64,000 nt of DNA from Craspedostauros australis. Its lineage: Eukaryota. The notes beneath the pieces were generated by a model, which was not told the DNA's origin, searched no databases, and worked only from the letters and a program-made list of their open reading frames with translations. The DNA lies in contig JALAGF010001309.1 of the NCBI GenBank assembly GCA_030167865.1, positions 1-64,000 on the forward strand. The letters are read 5' to 3'. A program made the translations under genes and the position numbers. Positions 34,901 through 46,445 of the stretch are shown here, piece by piece (the stretch's first letter is position 1; every line of letters begins with the position of its first letter).

Positions 34901-35213
34901 GGAAAGCCAGCAATCCTCGAAATCGCCATTAATGCTTGGCCCGTTTGATTTGCCATCGTACGGTCAAGCGACGCCCATGTCCATTGCCGACCAAGCATAC
35001 CTCATTGCGCAAAATCGGGTTCTGATTCAGCACGTTACAAGAATGCAAGATCATCTGATGGAGATGAATGTCGCACAATCCGGGCTTGAGCCAACCGAGG
35101 TTGCAAAGCAAGAGCAGAACAAGAAGACGAAAAAGAAGGAAGCACGAAAAGGATCAAAGAAGAGCAAAGAAGGTGGCAAACATGATCGCGAGAGCCCTAC
35201 AACACCATCGTAG
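31934..35213 (+). CDS. HSF: Heat-shock transcription factor (HSF DNA-binding domain); exons 31934-33727, 34281-34500, 34759-35213 (822 aa)
   Basis: PFPVKLH..L....F...I.W..HGRAW.V...F.S.KY.SF.RQVNGWGFRR. Intron 1 (GTGAGT..TAG) joins AYYHE-LFLRGLP..C.KMKR, and a PDFY motif follows. Intron 2 (GTAAGT..CAG) is phase 1 and in frame. The long N-terminus is Gln-rich. The start codon is the least certain part. Confidence 0.9.
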
Positions 35214-35873
35214 GCGGTGCTTATTGCGACCTTTACACGTCTTCTATGATACTTCACAACTCAGCAATCGCAGTATGTGGTGGCTAGTTTGGAAACAAGT
35301 TTGTATTCCCTGATTTATCCAAATTGCGCACTTGGGTTTGTCTGTCTTGGTCTGGCAAGATGTTGCCTGGAACCGCTCCTGTGATATTATTGGCGGATGT
35401 CCGGGTGACATGCATACTTTTTCATTGGTGCTTTGTCAGCGCAACACCTCAGATGTTTGGCCTTGCATGCGTACGTTTCGCTTCAGTCGTGCATATTTGA
35501 TGCCGATTCTGTGGGTTCTCTTGCCTGTTTTGGAAACACATCACGTCCTGTTCGCGTCATGGACTGATACGAGCAAACTCGCACGCATCACACATCAATT
35601 GTGCGGGCGAGAGCGGAGGGAGAGACAAACCCATCGCCGAAGGGGCGCTCTCGGCCGTGTATTCGCATCGCTCCCATGTGCTCGGACGCAAGGGGAAGGC
35701 AGCGTTGACGAACGTGAAGATTTGCGCCGATGATGGAGGTCTCTTCGTTGTGATGGTGTCATAAATTGACATCGGCATCAACAACAGCAACGACGTCAAC
35801 GACCATCTCGCACTTTCGGAGCCGGCGACAAGATTACCCTACTTCTCTACGAAGAGCACACTCCGCATTCAAC

Positions 35874-37058
35874 ATGTTCCCAACAAAGAAATCCATCCAT
35901 CTCGTCGTCTGCGCGGCTTCACTCATCATCGCAGCTGGCGGTGCCCACGGCGTTCAAGGTTGGAAGTTCCGAGGTGGATCGCGCGACACGCGTTGCTTGT
36001 GGAAGGATCGGTCACGTCAGCAACCACCACCATTGGCTTTCACATCGCTATCGCGATCGGCATCGCGATCTACGCTGTCGGGCTCCAGCGCAAGCAACTC
36101 TGCGAACGATGGCGGCTTTGATCGAAGCGATACCAACTTTCTCAACTTCCAATCGTTCGTCAATGATCGATACGCCTGCATGCGCTTTCGCCGGAATGAT
36201 GCACAGGGAAAGAGCGACGCAGCAATCGCAAACATAGAACCAAAGAATCCTCCGACAGCATCGCCGCCCAATGCTGCGATTGTGGAGCAAGCAATGCAGT
36301 GCCTTGATCTGGCACGACGGGCACCGTCTGGATTCAACGTCCAGCCGTACCAACTGCTGCTCATCAGCAGCCCCGCGCAAAAGGCGGCTCTCGCTCGGTA
36401 CTGCTGCGGGCGGAATGCAGATCGTGTGCGCGATTCTGATTGCACAGCAGTCTTTCTGGCGGATCGATTCACCACTCTTAGGTATGGGATGTTCCGCGAG
36501 ATGCTAATGGACGACAATCCTGAGAAGTGGGCCAACAAGCAGAAGGCTCTGCGACAGATGGGTGTGTATATCGCACTCTTCTCGTCTGGCTTTCCGTTGC
36601 CGGCTTGGCTATCGGGCCCCATATCGTGGATGATGCGGATGGGCATGTGCATCATGCAGCAGATTGTGCGCACGCTGTATCCTCTGCCAACGCTGTTCGG
36701 TCGAGACACATGGTCGCAGAAAAACACGATGCTGGTAGCCATGACGTACCTTCTCGGGTGCACGTCCAGAGGGATCGCGACGTGCCCGATGGAGGGATTC
36801 GATGGATCTGGGATCCGCAGGGCGTTGCGGATTCCAAGACGATACACTATCCCGCTCATCGTTGCTACGGGGACTCCATATCATGTTGTTCGCAACGATA
36901 GCATTGGTCCCGACGGTGGTACAAGCAGCCTCGCTAAGGTGAAGTCTGATGATGATGCGGGCGTTTCCCATGGCCCACCAGGCACTCGGTCTTCTTCGCC
37001 GAGATATGCAACCAAAGATATCATTCATACTGATTTGTTTGGTCAAACGCATTCGTAG
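35874..37058 (+). CDS. Nitroreductase-family flavoprotein, probably with a bipartite (plastid) presequence
   Basis: R.AC.RF, ARRAPSGFNVQPY, L.A.....GI.TCPMEGFD...I...L.IP and I.L.VA.G motifs. A hydrophobic signal peptide ends VQG|W and is followed by an R/S-rich segment. Confidence 0.88.
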   Translation: MFPTKKSIHLVVCAASLIIAAGGAHGVQGWKFRGGSRDTRCLWKDRSRQQPPPLAFTSLSRSASRSTLSGSSASNSANDGGFDRSDTNFLNFQSFVNDRYACMRFRRNDAQGKSDAAIANIEPKNPPTASPPNAAIVEQAMQCLDLARRAPSGFNVQPYQLLLISSPAQKAALARYCCGRNADRVRDSDCTAVFLADRFTTLRYGMFREMLMDDNPEKWANKQKALRQMGVYIALFSSGFPLPAWLSGPISWMMRMGMCIMQQIVRTLYPLPTLFGRDTWSQKNTMLVAMTYLLGCTSRGIATCPMEGFDGSGIRRALRIPRRYTIPLIVATGTPYHVVRNDSIGPDGGTSSLAKVKSDDDAGVSHGPPGTRSSSPRYATKDIIHTDLFGQTHS

Positions 37059-37399
37059 TGTGGACGGGCCGCAGCCGCCACTGATGAAGGCGGCATCAAC
37101 ATCAGTATTGACACCGGTGATGCTTGCAGCAATAACAGGAACATAGAGTACGAGTAAGCTGAAAACTACACGACGATTACTGAAGGGTGCGACTGCAGTG
37201 GAGCACGAGTGCGAGTCCGAGTGAGAGTCCGAGAAATACTACTTGGCTGTTCGTGCGCCGCAGTTCCTCATTCTACATTTGCATGGATCAGCTCGAGCTC
37301 ATCTTGAGACAACGTATCGTCATCGAGCTGCACCAAAGGCACGCACGGCTACGTCCATACCCATATCATAGTCGTGGTATTCCATGTTTCTCCATGCCA

Positions 37400-38831
37400 C
37401 TACCAAGCCAACCCAATGGTCGAAGCGGCGCACACTATCGACGCAATGAATCCAAAAACGAGCTTCTTCGTTGCACTGGCTTCATTTACTTCCAGGTCGA
37501 AGGACGCGATATCGTTGAAGGCTGAGCCGGACACGAAGAGGATGTAAGAGTCGGTCTCGTTGAGATCCTTGGGAACAACGAGTTCGTGCTTGTCAGTTGT
37601 GTGCTCCAAGAAATCCCACGCAATCACGCAGGTTGACCCGCACTGGCCGTCGCCATCACTGTCGTCCTTGAGCAATGCGACTTCCATTTCAACTTCTCCG
37701 CCGTTGTTATGTGGCACAATGTTGCTCAGCGTGATTTCCAACTCATTGCCGCCTCCAGCGAATTTGTAAAACAACCCCCGCGAGGATGGTCGGATGAAGC
37801 ATTCATCGTTTTGCATGTTTGCTGGAATGGACATGGCGTTGCTTTGTCCCGCAACAGAAATCGGCAATTCGCTCTGGGTTGCTGCGCTGCAAACATCATT
37901 CGCTGGCCGCTGAATGCCCGCGCTCTGACAGGCATGACGGGGGTGGCAATTCGTTCCATACGTACGTGTGCGTGTGGTGTTAAAGCACGATCATAATCGC
38001 ATGTGCGCGGCATACCATCGAACCCACAGCGAAGAGTAGAAAGCAAAGTAAATGATTAGTAAGTGTGAGAAGGGGCTGAATCATCAATGTTCAAACTCAG
38101 TTGCTTGTGCGAAGAACGCTTGCAGAGCAGCGATGTGTGTGCATCACACCCGTATTAGGAGTGCTGGATGACACGCTCCGTTGCTGTCCAAGCGGAACAT
38201 CGTATGCTTCATGATCCACAGCAGCATTCTCGCCAGCACAAGCATCGATCAGTCCATGCATTGCAAACCTCCACGCTTCATGACGTACCTCAAACGTCAC
38301 GTCGAATGAAGCATTGGCCACGTTTGCCTTGGCTGCAACATGCAGGTAGTACACGACATCCTTCTGAGCATACCACGTGCTCGTGAGATTCGCCTGCGCC
38401 TGCTCCAACGAATACTCGCTGAACCTGATGCATTCCAAATCGGATGATGGGTTCGAGCATGCCGAACTGCCGTCGGACCGCTCGAACAGAGCTGTGTTGA
38501 CGTTGACGACGCCATCAACTCCTGCGGTCGTTTCCTCCACAAGTGCTCGCAGGAAGTCGTCGTTGCCTTCGATTGCGTACCACACACCGGGCCTGTCGCG
38601 ATGGATGCCGCATGTGGCATTGTTGACCGTGTTGGATGGTGTCGGAAAGTCCGGAGTGGCGCTTTCGAATTGGCCGCTGATCGTGGTGGGCAACGACCCA
38701 GTGCTGATTGCGACAGCATCCGCGCAGTCGTCATTGGCGGAGACCAATGTGAACAGAGTCGATGGGGTGACGAGCAACCCCGATAGCAGGACGAAGGCGG
38801 TCGCCACGGATTGGTGGGCAGTATGCATCAT
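37400..38831 (-). CDS. Secreted, putatively GPI-anchored protein with two tandem NDxC beta-rich domains; exons 38831-38289, 37924-37400 (355 aa)
   Basis: Signal peptide. Repeat 1 reads ANDDCADA...LP.TI.GQ...C....PGVWY...YYLHV....F.VT. A phase-0 intron (GTACGT..CAG) follows. Repeat 2 reads ANDVCSAA...LPISV.GQ...C....RGLFY...YILFV....F.LEV. The C-terminus has small residues followed by a hydrophobic tail. Confidence 0.75.
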
Positions 38832-39780
38832 GTTGGCTGGTTTGGATTGCGCTGCTACGAATATGGACATTCACAAGTGAGCGCTTTTGGTTGGTTACGT
38901 CTGCGTACTCGTACGGTAACTGTGTGCGATGAAGGGACGATTAAGTATTATGGTCCTCTCTCGGTGATGGGCGTTGTTGTTGTTGGTGTTGTTGTCATTG
39001 TTGTTACCTGTGCGAAAGAACAAACAAAAGGCGAAACAAATGTCGCGGTATCTTCGGATCACAGAACGACAACTCTTCGACTCCGTGTACTGAAGCCAAA
39101 CGAAGCGAACTACCTATGGCCCAAGCAGAAGAGTCTATTCTTGTTTCAGGCACTATCTTTGCCCAACCGAGAGGCCCAACTCTACCAGTGTGATGGATCA
39201 CTCTGTGATGTTACCACATGCAACATCAGTAGGAATCCATGCTGGGAGGACAAACAAGTTGCTCTGCAGTAGAGTGGTCTCAGATGGTGAACGAGATGAG
39301 GTTCTACTTTCGATCGCGCTTGCTATTCGTGGTGCAAACGGAGGCATGATCGCATGTGTACGCAACACTTCTGTCGGAAGATCAGCTGTTTGTTGGCAGG
39401 CCACTTGGAAACTACTGTTATTGCATGCGGCACGGTACGCATCGCATGATACAAGTAGAGCATGCCTCTTGATGCTTCGATGATCGACACGAGAGTTTGG
39501 AACATCCAGCGGTGCAAATTGTGAACCGTTTGGGCTAACTGATCTTAAATATACCATTGGTATAGTATCTCTGTATTTCCAGTATACCACAATGTACACA
39601 AAGTGCTGCGGGAGAAACCATTTGTGTGGCGGCTGGTCGACAACAATACACAAGAGAGATGACTGGTTGGTCACAATGACAACAACAGCGAACAGAACAC
39701 CAACAACACCAACGACTGCCACAACAACCACAACCACAACTTCGCACCAACAGCAACAAGGGCAACAAGGTGTTCGTCCG

Positions 39781-39816
<36 letters not shown>
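39781..39816. repeat. Compound (AC)5(AG)13 microsatellite
   Basis: Read directly. Confidence 0.95.
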
Positions 39817-40389
39817 CAGTTCCAAGGCCCGCCGTCTTCTACGCATCCACACCCATCATCGTTTGAAGGAAGACTCCTGCCGTTCATCATCATCCAGCGG
39901 TCGTTGCCTGAGTCTTCAAGACCACCTTCGACACCCTCAATCGATTCCAGTTCAGGCGAACCCAACGCAAAAAGGGGAGGCAACAGACGAAGTCATTGGG
40001 AACTCTGCTCTCACTACTTTACAAGAGAGCATAATACATCACTCCCGCTTCGATTGGTACCATCGCCAGCACCGCCATCATCTCCGTTCGTGACCTTGCC
40101 CACAGCTGCCCTTTTTGCATTTGTGCTCAGAGTCGGAGTCTCGTGGATTGACAGCATCAGCGAAGGTGGCAAGCCGTGGAGAACGAGAGGTTGTCTCGAG
40201 TTGCACGTACGCTGGTGCGGGTAATCCTACTTGCATTGCTGTTGAACACAAACAGCATCCGACCGAAGTCATCGACCTGCGAAGCAACAAAAGCTGACAA
40301 AGACATCACTGGCAACGCGGAAACCGATTCTGAAAACAGCGGCTCCAAACCAACAAAACCAACAATACGATCGACCTTGACAAGCAACC

Positions 40390-41903
40390 ATGTTAGCCGC
40401 CGATAAACTGCAATTGCAGAGCGCGTTGAAGCAGCAAGCCACAGCGCTGAAGGAGAAGGAGTTCAATCTGCACCATTCCAACCTAAGTACGTTCCTGCTG
40501 AAATGACCTACGTATGAGTGCACGCCGATCGCGCGGATGTCGACATCTCCATGCATGCAGGTGATCGATCGGGTGAGAGAAGCGTCGAAGAATTGACCAC
40601 GAGCGGCCACCTTGGTGCGCAGGAAGTAACCAGACGTTTGCGAGCCATGCGTCACCATTCCTGTCGCGATGCACCGGTGTACTTCCACTCTATTTGATGT
40701 TCAATGTTCCACTTTCGAGGTCAGCGCAAACACCGATGCAGCAGCACGGCCGATGCACTCATCAACTTTATTTTCTCATCCATCTCCAATTGCCGTTCCA
40801 TACTCCTCAACGCTTGCTCTCAAAATGCACCATCGTAAACTCGTGTATTGACGTGCAGTGACCGTCGGCACACAAGCGGCCGTTCTGGCCGGGCTTGACA
40901 TCACCATGTTCATCGAATTCAGTCCTCCGCACGAAAGGGAATGGGTACGTTAGCCGTCAGCGCACCAAGCACACCAATGACGAGGGGGTGCATGCCGTTT
41001 TTTGCGGCGATGCATACTCATACGTCTCAATACACTCGCTGACACTCTCTCCGCACTTGTGCCGTTCATCATTCCGCATGCTTCCCAAAAATGAAGCACC
41101 TCTATCCGATTCGTTTCTGATCTCAGGATGAGTTGAAATTCGTCGCAAGGGCCATCAAGCTTGTGTACTACATCATGATTGTGTCTGGATTTTGCGCGAA
41201 CATGCTGGTCGTCAGTCACACGACGGTGCTTTCGGTGCTGGGTGCTGGTCTGGCCTTGCGCGGACCTGACGGGTCCATGCTGACAGCCACGGATGGCCTG
41301 TACGAAGAGCGCGCCAGCGTCTTTCAAATTTTCGGATACGGCTTGGGCTTCACTGTGGGAAGCGTGGTGCTCGGCGTTTGGTTGCTGCTGAACTGGGAGT
41401 CGGCCTTGGCCTGCATGCTGATAACGTTGGTGACGTGTCGCCAGATCTGGGTCAACTACCTCAGAGTGCAACGGCGGTTCAGCTACAACGAGTCGGAGAC
41501 CGTCGATCTGCACGATCTCATGGAGGGTCCGGGCGCCATACAGGCCGTCCCGAGCTTCGTCCGCAGATCGACAGACATCATGAGCTCGTCCAAGACGTCC
41601 AAGTCGACCTCGAGCCACAAGAGAAGAACGAAAGGAGGTTCTTCGTCGATTGCCAAGGCGCCCTCGTCCGCCAACGGATCCTTCTTCTCACGATCGTCAG
41701 CTAGAGGCGACAGTTATCGCAGAGTAAACAGCTCAACCTTCGAGGAGCACGTGGAAGACGTGCCGTCGGGGGATGAATCAGATGACATTGAGTATCAAAT
41801 GACATCGAAAGAAACATCCGTGCAAAGAAGACGGGGCGGTGGCAAGAGCAGCTCGTCTCGTCAATCGAAAGCGAACAGTCGCAGTCCCATGCGGACCGTG
41901 TAG
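40390..41903 (+). CDS. Four-TM membrane protein, candidate distant Orai/CRAC-channel homologue; exons 40390-40486, 40859-40944, 41127-41903 (319 aa)
   Basis: Two GT-AG introns (both donors GTACGT) give a continuous frame: MLAADKLQLQSALKQQATALKEKEFNLHHSNL-M-TVGTQAAVLAGLDITMFIEFSPPHEREW-DELKFVARAIKLVYY.... There are four hydrophobic segments, an LALRGPDGSM loop and an S/R/K-rich tail. The gene model is well supported; the Orai relationship is inference. Confidence 0.8.
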
Positions 41904-42417
41904 CATTGCGAACGCCGATGTTTTGAATGCAGCGGAACTTGTACAAGCTGATTCACGCCAACAAATTCAATATATTACTCACTCTCTCTCTGTAGCTCTA
42001 CAGAGAGTAGAGGAATCTCGTCCGATCTCCGAGACTCGCACTCGCATTCAGGCACAACCGTGTGCATGTGCACTACTACGGACACTATACCTAAATCTCT
42101 CATCGGCTTCAAAATGTTACGCTTCATATCGCTTTCTGGTCGACACTGTGTCGTCTTCGGTAGTGCGATGCATCGACGAGATGTTGTCATGGTGTTCTGT
42201 GGCATACGTCTGTGTGCCTACGAAGACTTGTGCTCTATTCATATGTATCCCGCAGATCTATGAAGTTCGATGTACCGCAAGTGCCGCCTCATCTATCTGC
42301 CCCTGAACATCGTCCAGGATGACCATCCCCTATGCCGACCTGCTTTCCACCTGCAAAATGTACATGCGTACGCACGACACGGCACAAAGACAACCAAGCG
42401 TTCCATGTTTCACGGTT

Positions 42418-43536
42418 CTACTTCAGTTTCATCCTCGTGATGTGCGCATCCATAACAAATTCCGTGATTTCAAGACCCCAATGTAGCAGCGTTTGGCGGA
42501 TCACAGGACTGATTGATGCATCTGTCGGCGTCGTCTTGGCGGCCCATATTTTGTTGCACAGCTGGCTGCGGAATCGGCCCTTGGGACCCGCACTCTTGAG
42601 CCAGCGCTGGATCTGCCGCGTGTCATCGGAACATCGCCGGCCTTGGTAGAAACGGCAGTACCATTGGAACCACCCGTACGGATCGCTGTCCGATATCCAG
42701 CCGCTGCTTTCCCACATTCCCAACGACCCGCCGCATTTGACACCGTACTTGTTCACCTGCTTGCGATACGTCATCGATGTGAGCATGGTGGGCGCGTCAA
42801 GACCGGCGATCCAATCGTCGGGCACGGACTGTTTCAAAGCCTGCTTGCCGGTGTATCGCTTGTTGGTGACGGAGGATCCGATGGGACGATAGTACGTGCC
42901 GCCAAATGATCCGGCCTGCAGCACTTCTTTGGGTGTGCGGTTGGGATGAAAATCCCTCAGCAAAGCGCTGATGTCATCCAGCGCATCGTCGTAGTCGTTG
43001 CCCGCTTTGGTGGCAACGAACGCGAGCTCATGCGTCTTTGGATTGCGTTTGGGAGGCGGGCAATACGTTGGGCAGATGATGATGGTGGCTGGTGGTAACT
43101 TGGGTGGATTCTTGTACATATCCGCCTTGTAGATTTCCAGCCGCTTCTTGTACTCCGTAACGGTCGTTGGGAGACCTTCCTTGTTGGCAATCGCAGCCGC
43201 AGTGGATGCCTTCGTCTTCGTCTTGGCCCTGCTCTCAGTTGCAGCGCCTGTCTTCCATGTCTCCAGCAGCTGCTCCGCCATTGAGACGCATGTTTGGTAC
43301 TTCTGCCGTCGATCTGACGCCGTCCGCTTGTGACGCTTCAAGGTTCGGATGGATTTCGTGAGGGCCTTGCCGATGCCCGTCGACTGTAGGATCTCCACCG
43401 TGATCGCTGGCGTCTTGGACTCCAGAGTCCTCAGCAGCGTCACGACATCATCGAGGTCCGGTTCTTCCGTCGCATCCACAACTTGGTCCCGCAGCTGCTT
43501 CGCGAGTTGTCGGACGTCTTGCTCTGTGCTTGGCAT
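42418..43536 (-). CDS. TFIIS N-terminal (TND/Med26-like) domain fused to a conserved Trp/Tyr-rich domain of unknown function
   Basis: The N-terminus has the TND signature LL..LE.....ITVEILQSTGIGKAL...A..L...WK. The C-terminus reads F.PN.TPKEVLQAGSFGGTYYRPI, VNKYGVKCGGSL..WE.SGWI...DPYGWFQWYCRFY.GRR..DD.RQI.RW and SPVIRQTLLHWG. Start at ATG 43536. Confidence 0.82.
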   Translation of the reverse strand: MPSTEQDVRQLAKQLRDQVVDATEEPDLDDVVTLLRTLESKTPAITVEILQSTGIGKALTKSIRTLKRHKRTASDRRQKYQTCVSMAEQLLETWKTGAATESRAKTKTKASTAAAIANKEGLPTTVTEYKKRLEIYKADMYKNPPKLPPATIIICPTYCPPPKRNPKTHELAFVATKAGNDYDDALDDISALLRDFHPNRTPKEVLQAGSFGGTYYRPIGSSVTNKRYTGKQALKQSVPDDWIAGLDAPTMLTSMTYRKQVNKYGVKCGGSLGMWESSGWISDSDPYGWFQWYCRFYQGRRCSDDTRQIQRWLKSAGPKGRFRSQLCNKIWAAKTTPTDASISPVIRQTLLHWGLEITEFVMDAHITRMKLK

Positions 43537-44767
43537 ATCGTCTTTGTTTGCTTGCTTCCTTTGTTGTGGGCTTGCTTCCTTGCTTATAACGTGATGCGAC
43601 ACGATGCAATGCGATAGCTCGGAGGCATGGCCGATTGAATGATGCAGTTGCCAGCAGCAGTAGCAGCAGCACCAACTTGCACCTTCCTCTTGTGGAAGAA
43701 ACGAAACGCGTTGCGAAGTTGGCGGATGCGTCAGAATCGACACTGACCCTCATCATTCGTGGATGCGAGTCTTGTTTGTCAATCAAATCTCGGGACGAAT
43801 TCTCGACAACTCGGATTAAAATGGAATTCTTTGACCCAATTGTTTCTGGCGTTTTCGGTGTGTTGGGTCATAATTGCGCATCTTTGTGCTCTTCTTGTGT
43901 CGCGAGGAATGTGGGTGTGACCAAACGGCGTTTGATTGGAAACGGGCGAATAAAGCGATAGATGTGCTACCTTTATTTGTGCAGCAATGATCATGGTTCG
44001 CAATTGTGATCCATCCGCCAGGCCTAAATACGGCTAAACCCGTTGTTTTCATTTGATGACACAGGCGGACAATCCTGAATTCAATTTCGGAGCGACTCCA
44101 TGGCTGCTTTGGAAGTTCGCAAACACTGACACTTGCTCTATTTATGGCACATCGCCTGTTTCAGCGTCGCGAAAATTGAAGATGCTGTGCGTTGTTTCCT
44201 TGTGATAAAAAAGTATCTTGCGATGACGCACACACGACGCACAGATGGGGGGAAATGCGCGCGTCAACTCTGTGCAGAACACAACCGGTTTGTACGGAAC
44301 TGTTGCGTCTAACAGAGTTCACGCGAAACTCCTCCTCACAAACCAACCCCAATCAACCAAGAAGAGAAACACAGAGAGAAAAGAAGCACGACCACGACTT
44401 TGCACACAACACTGCATTGAAACGCGTTGACGTGCTTACATTGCATCGTGTCGTGCTCACAGAGGATACCTCCAACCAATTGCACATTTCCGGAGCAACG
44501 GTCATCATCGACAACAACCTCCAGAGACTGGCCTCCTTTGGACGAACGCAAGTACGTGCGCGACACTCTGTCCTCTATTGCCATCGACATCGTCATTGAA
44601 TACGAATACGAAGAGTGGGTCAAAAGGGTGGAAAGGGTGGAAAGAGTGCACAGATAGATCATAGCACAGCATAGACAGCATAGACAGCACAGCAGAGCAG
44701 CTCTGACAGTAGATCACATTCGTGGGTTCCATTGGTGACAGCACCAAGAGGACACAAAACAGGCACA

Positions 44768-46412
44768 ATGACAAAGCAGAGTGAGAACGACGCCATCGAC
44801 AATGCTGGCAGCAACAGCGTGGACAGCAGCGGGAATGGTGACATCATCCGCCAGACCACATCCGAATCGGAGTCGATCACCATGGACAGCGCTTCTCCCT
44901 CGCTCGCCAACAATGGCGGCCATGGCCACGGCAACAGCCAGCAGAACCACAACGGCAGCGGCAAGGACTGGAACCACGCCAGCGACTCCACCCTCATCGT
45001 GGGCCAGAAGCTCGTCCGCCCATCCAACCTCGTGAGGTCAGACTCCGAAACAGACGGAGAGCTCGACCTTGACACCGACATCGACACTCTGATGGATGCC
45101 CATCTCGATGCGGGGGCGAGTCTGGTGTCCAACGAAACGACGCTGGGACAGCTCGAGACATCCCCGCAGGCTTCACCAGATCGGCCTTCGAGGAAGCCAT
45201 CCTCGGCTTCCTTCGCTCCGCATCCGCCGTCCTCATCGTCGGCTCTGTCCGTGTCGTCTCCGGTCATGTCTGCGTCCAAATCGAGGTCCAAACGGCCAAC
45301 CTTCTCTCGCGAGTCTTCCAGAATGTCGGCCGCATCCTCGCTCAACAACTGGATAACATCGTCGGCAGCAAAGCAGCAGGAGCACGTGCCGTCGGCGTTC
45401 ATTCCGCACGTGCAGCGTGGCGCCTCGTCCCGCACCATCGGGACCTCCTACAGCTTCAACACCTTTCAGACCGGCAGCACGGCCGGGACGGGGAAGCCCA
45501 CCACGCCCACCAGCGACGCTGGCACGGAACCACACCAACAACAACAACCCGTCGTCGCTGCCCACGTACCACTCAAGCTGTCCGCCGTCCCCTTGCGCGG
45601 CCGGGACAAGGAGCTCAAGCATCTGCAATCCATCTACGATTCATCCATCAAGCTCAAGAATGGAACCATCGCAATGGCCAACATCGAGACGGAGCCTTTT
45701 GCCAAGAGTGCCATCTGCTGGTTGGGTGGTGACTCCGGCGCAGGCAAGCACGCCATCGTGCAAGAGTTCATTACGCGCGTCAAGCAAAACGGAGGCGATG
45801 CAGCGGATTCAAACTCGGCTGGTTCCAGAGTTCCCATCATCCTGTCCGCCAAGTGCTCCAGCAAGATGAATGACAAGTACGCGGATCTCGCGCAGCTCTT
45901 TTCGCACTTCCTACGAACCTACTCCACGACGTCCACCTTCAAGCGGTTCCGTTCCAAGCTCAACGACGAATTCAAAGATGGCGACTACAACGTCCTGTCG
46001 TCTCTGCTGCCCGATTTGAACCCCGTCAGGCTGAATCCCTCCACCATGCGATCGCCAACCAACGGTGCAGACGGCCCGCCACCGTCAAGGTTCGGGGCGA
46101 TGAACAAAACAAGCTCCCTTTCTTCGTTGGGCATGCACCGCATGGGCAGCGCAAGGAGCATCGGTAACATGTCGTCACGCAGTCTCAATTCCACGACATC
46201 CGATGGAGTCAGCGCGAACGGCAACAGCATCCACACGCACACGGACAGATCCAAAGCCGTCAACCGCGTCAAGTCCATCATGAAGACCTTCTGCACGCTC
46301 TTGGTCTCCACCTTCCAACGCCCGATCATCATGTATTTGGACGGTGAGTTTGGCGAACGTACATGCAAAGAATCGGAGACCTTCTGTTTGTGGGAGTATG
46401 CGTGTGCATTAC

Positions 46413-46445
<33 letters not shown>

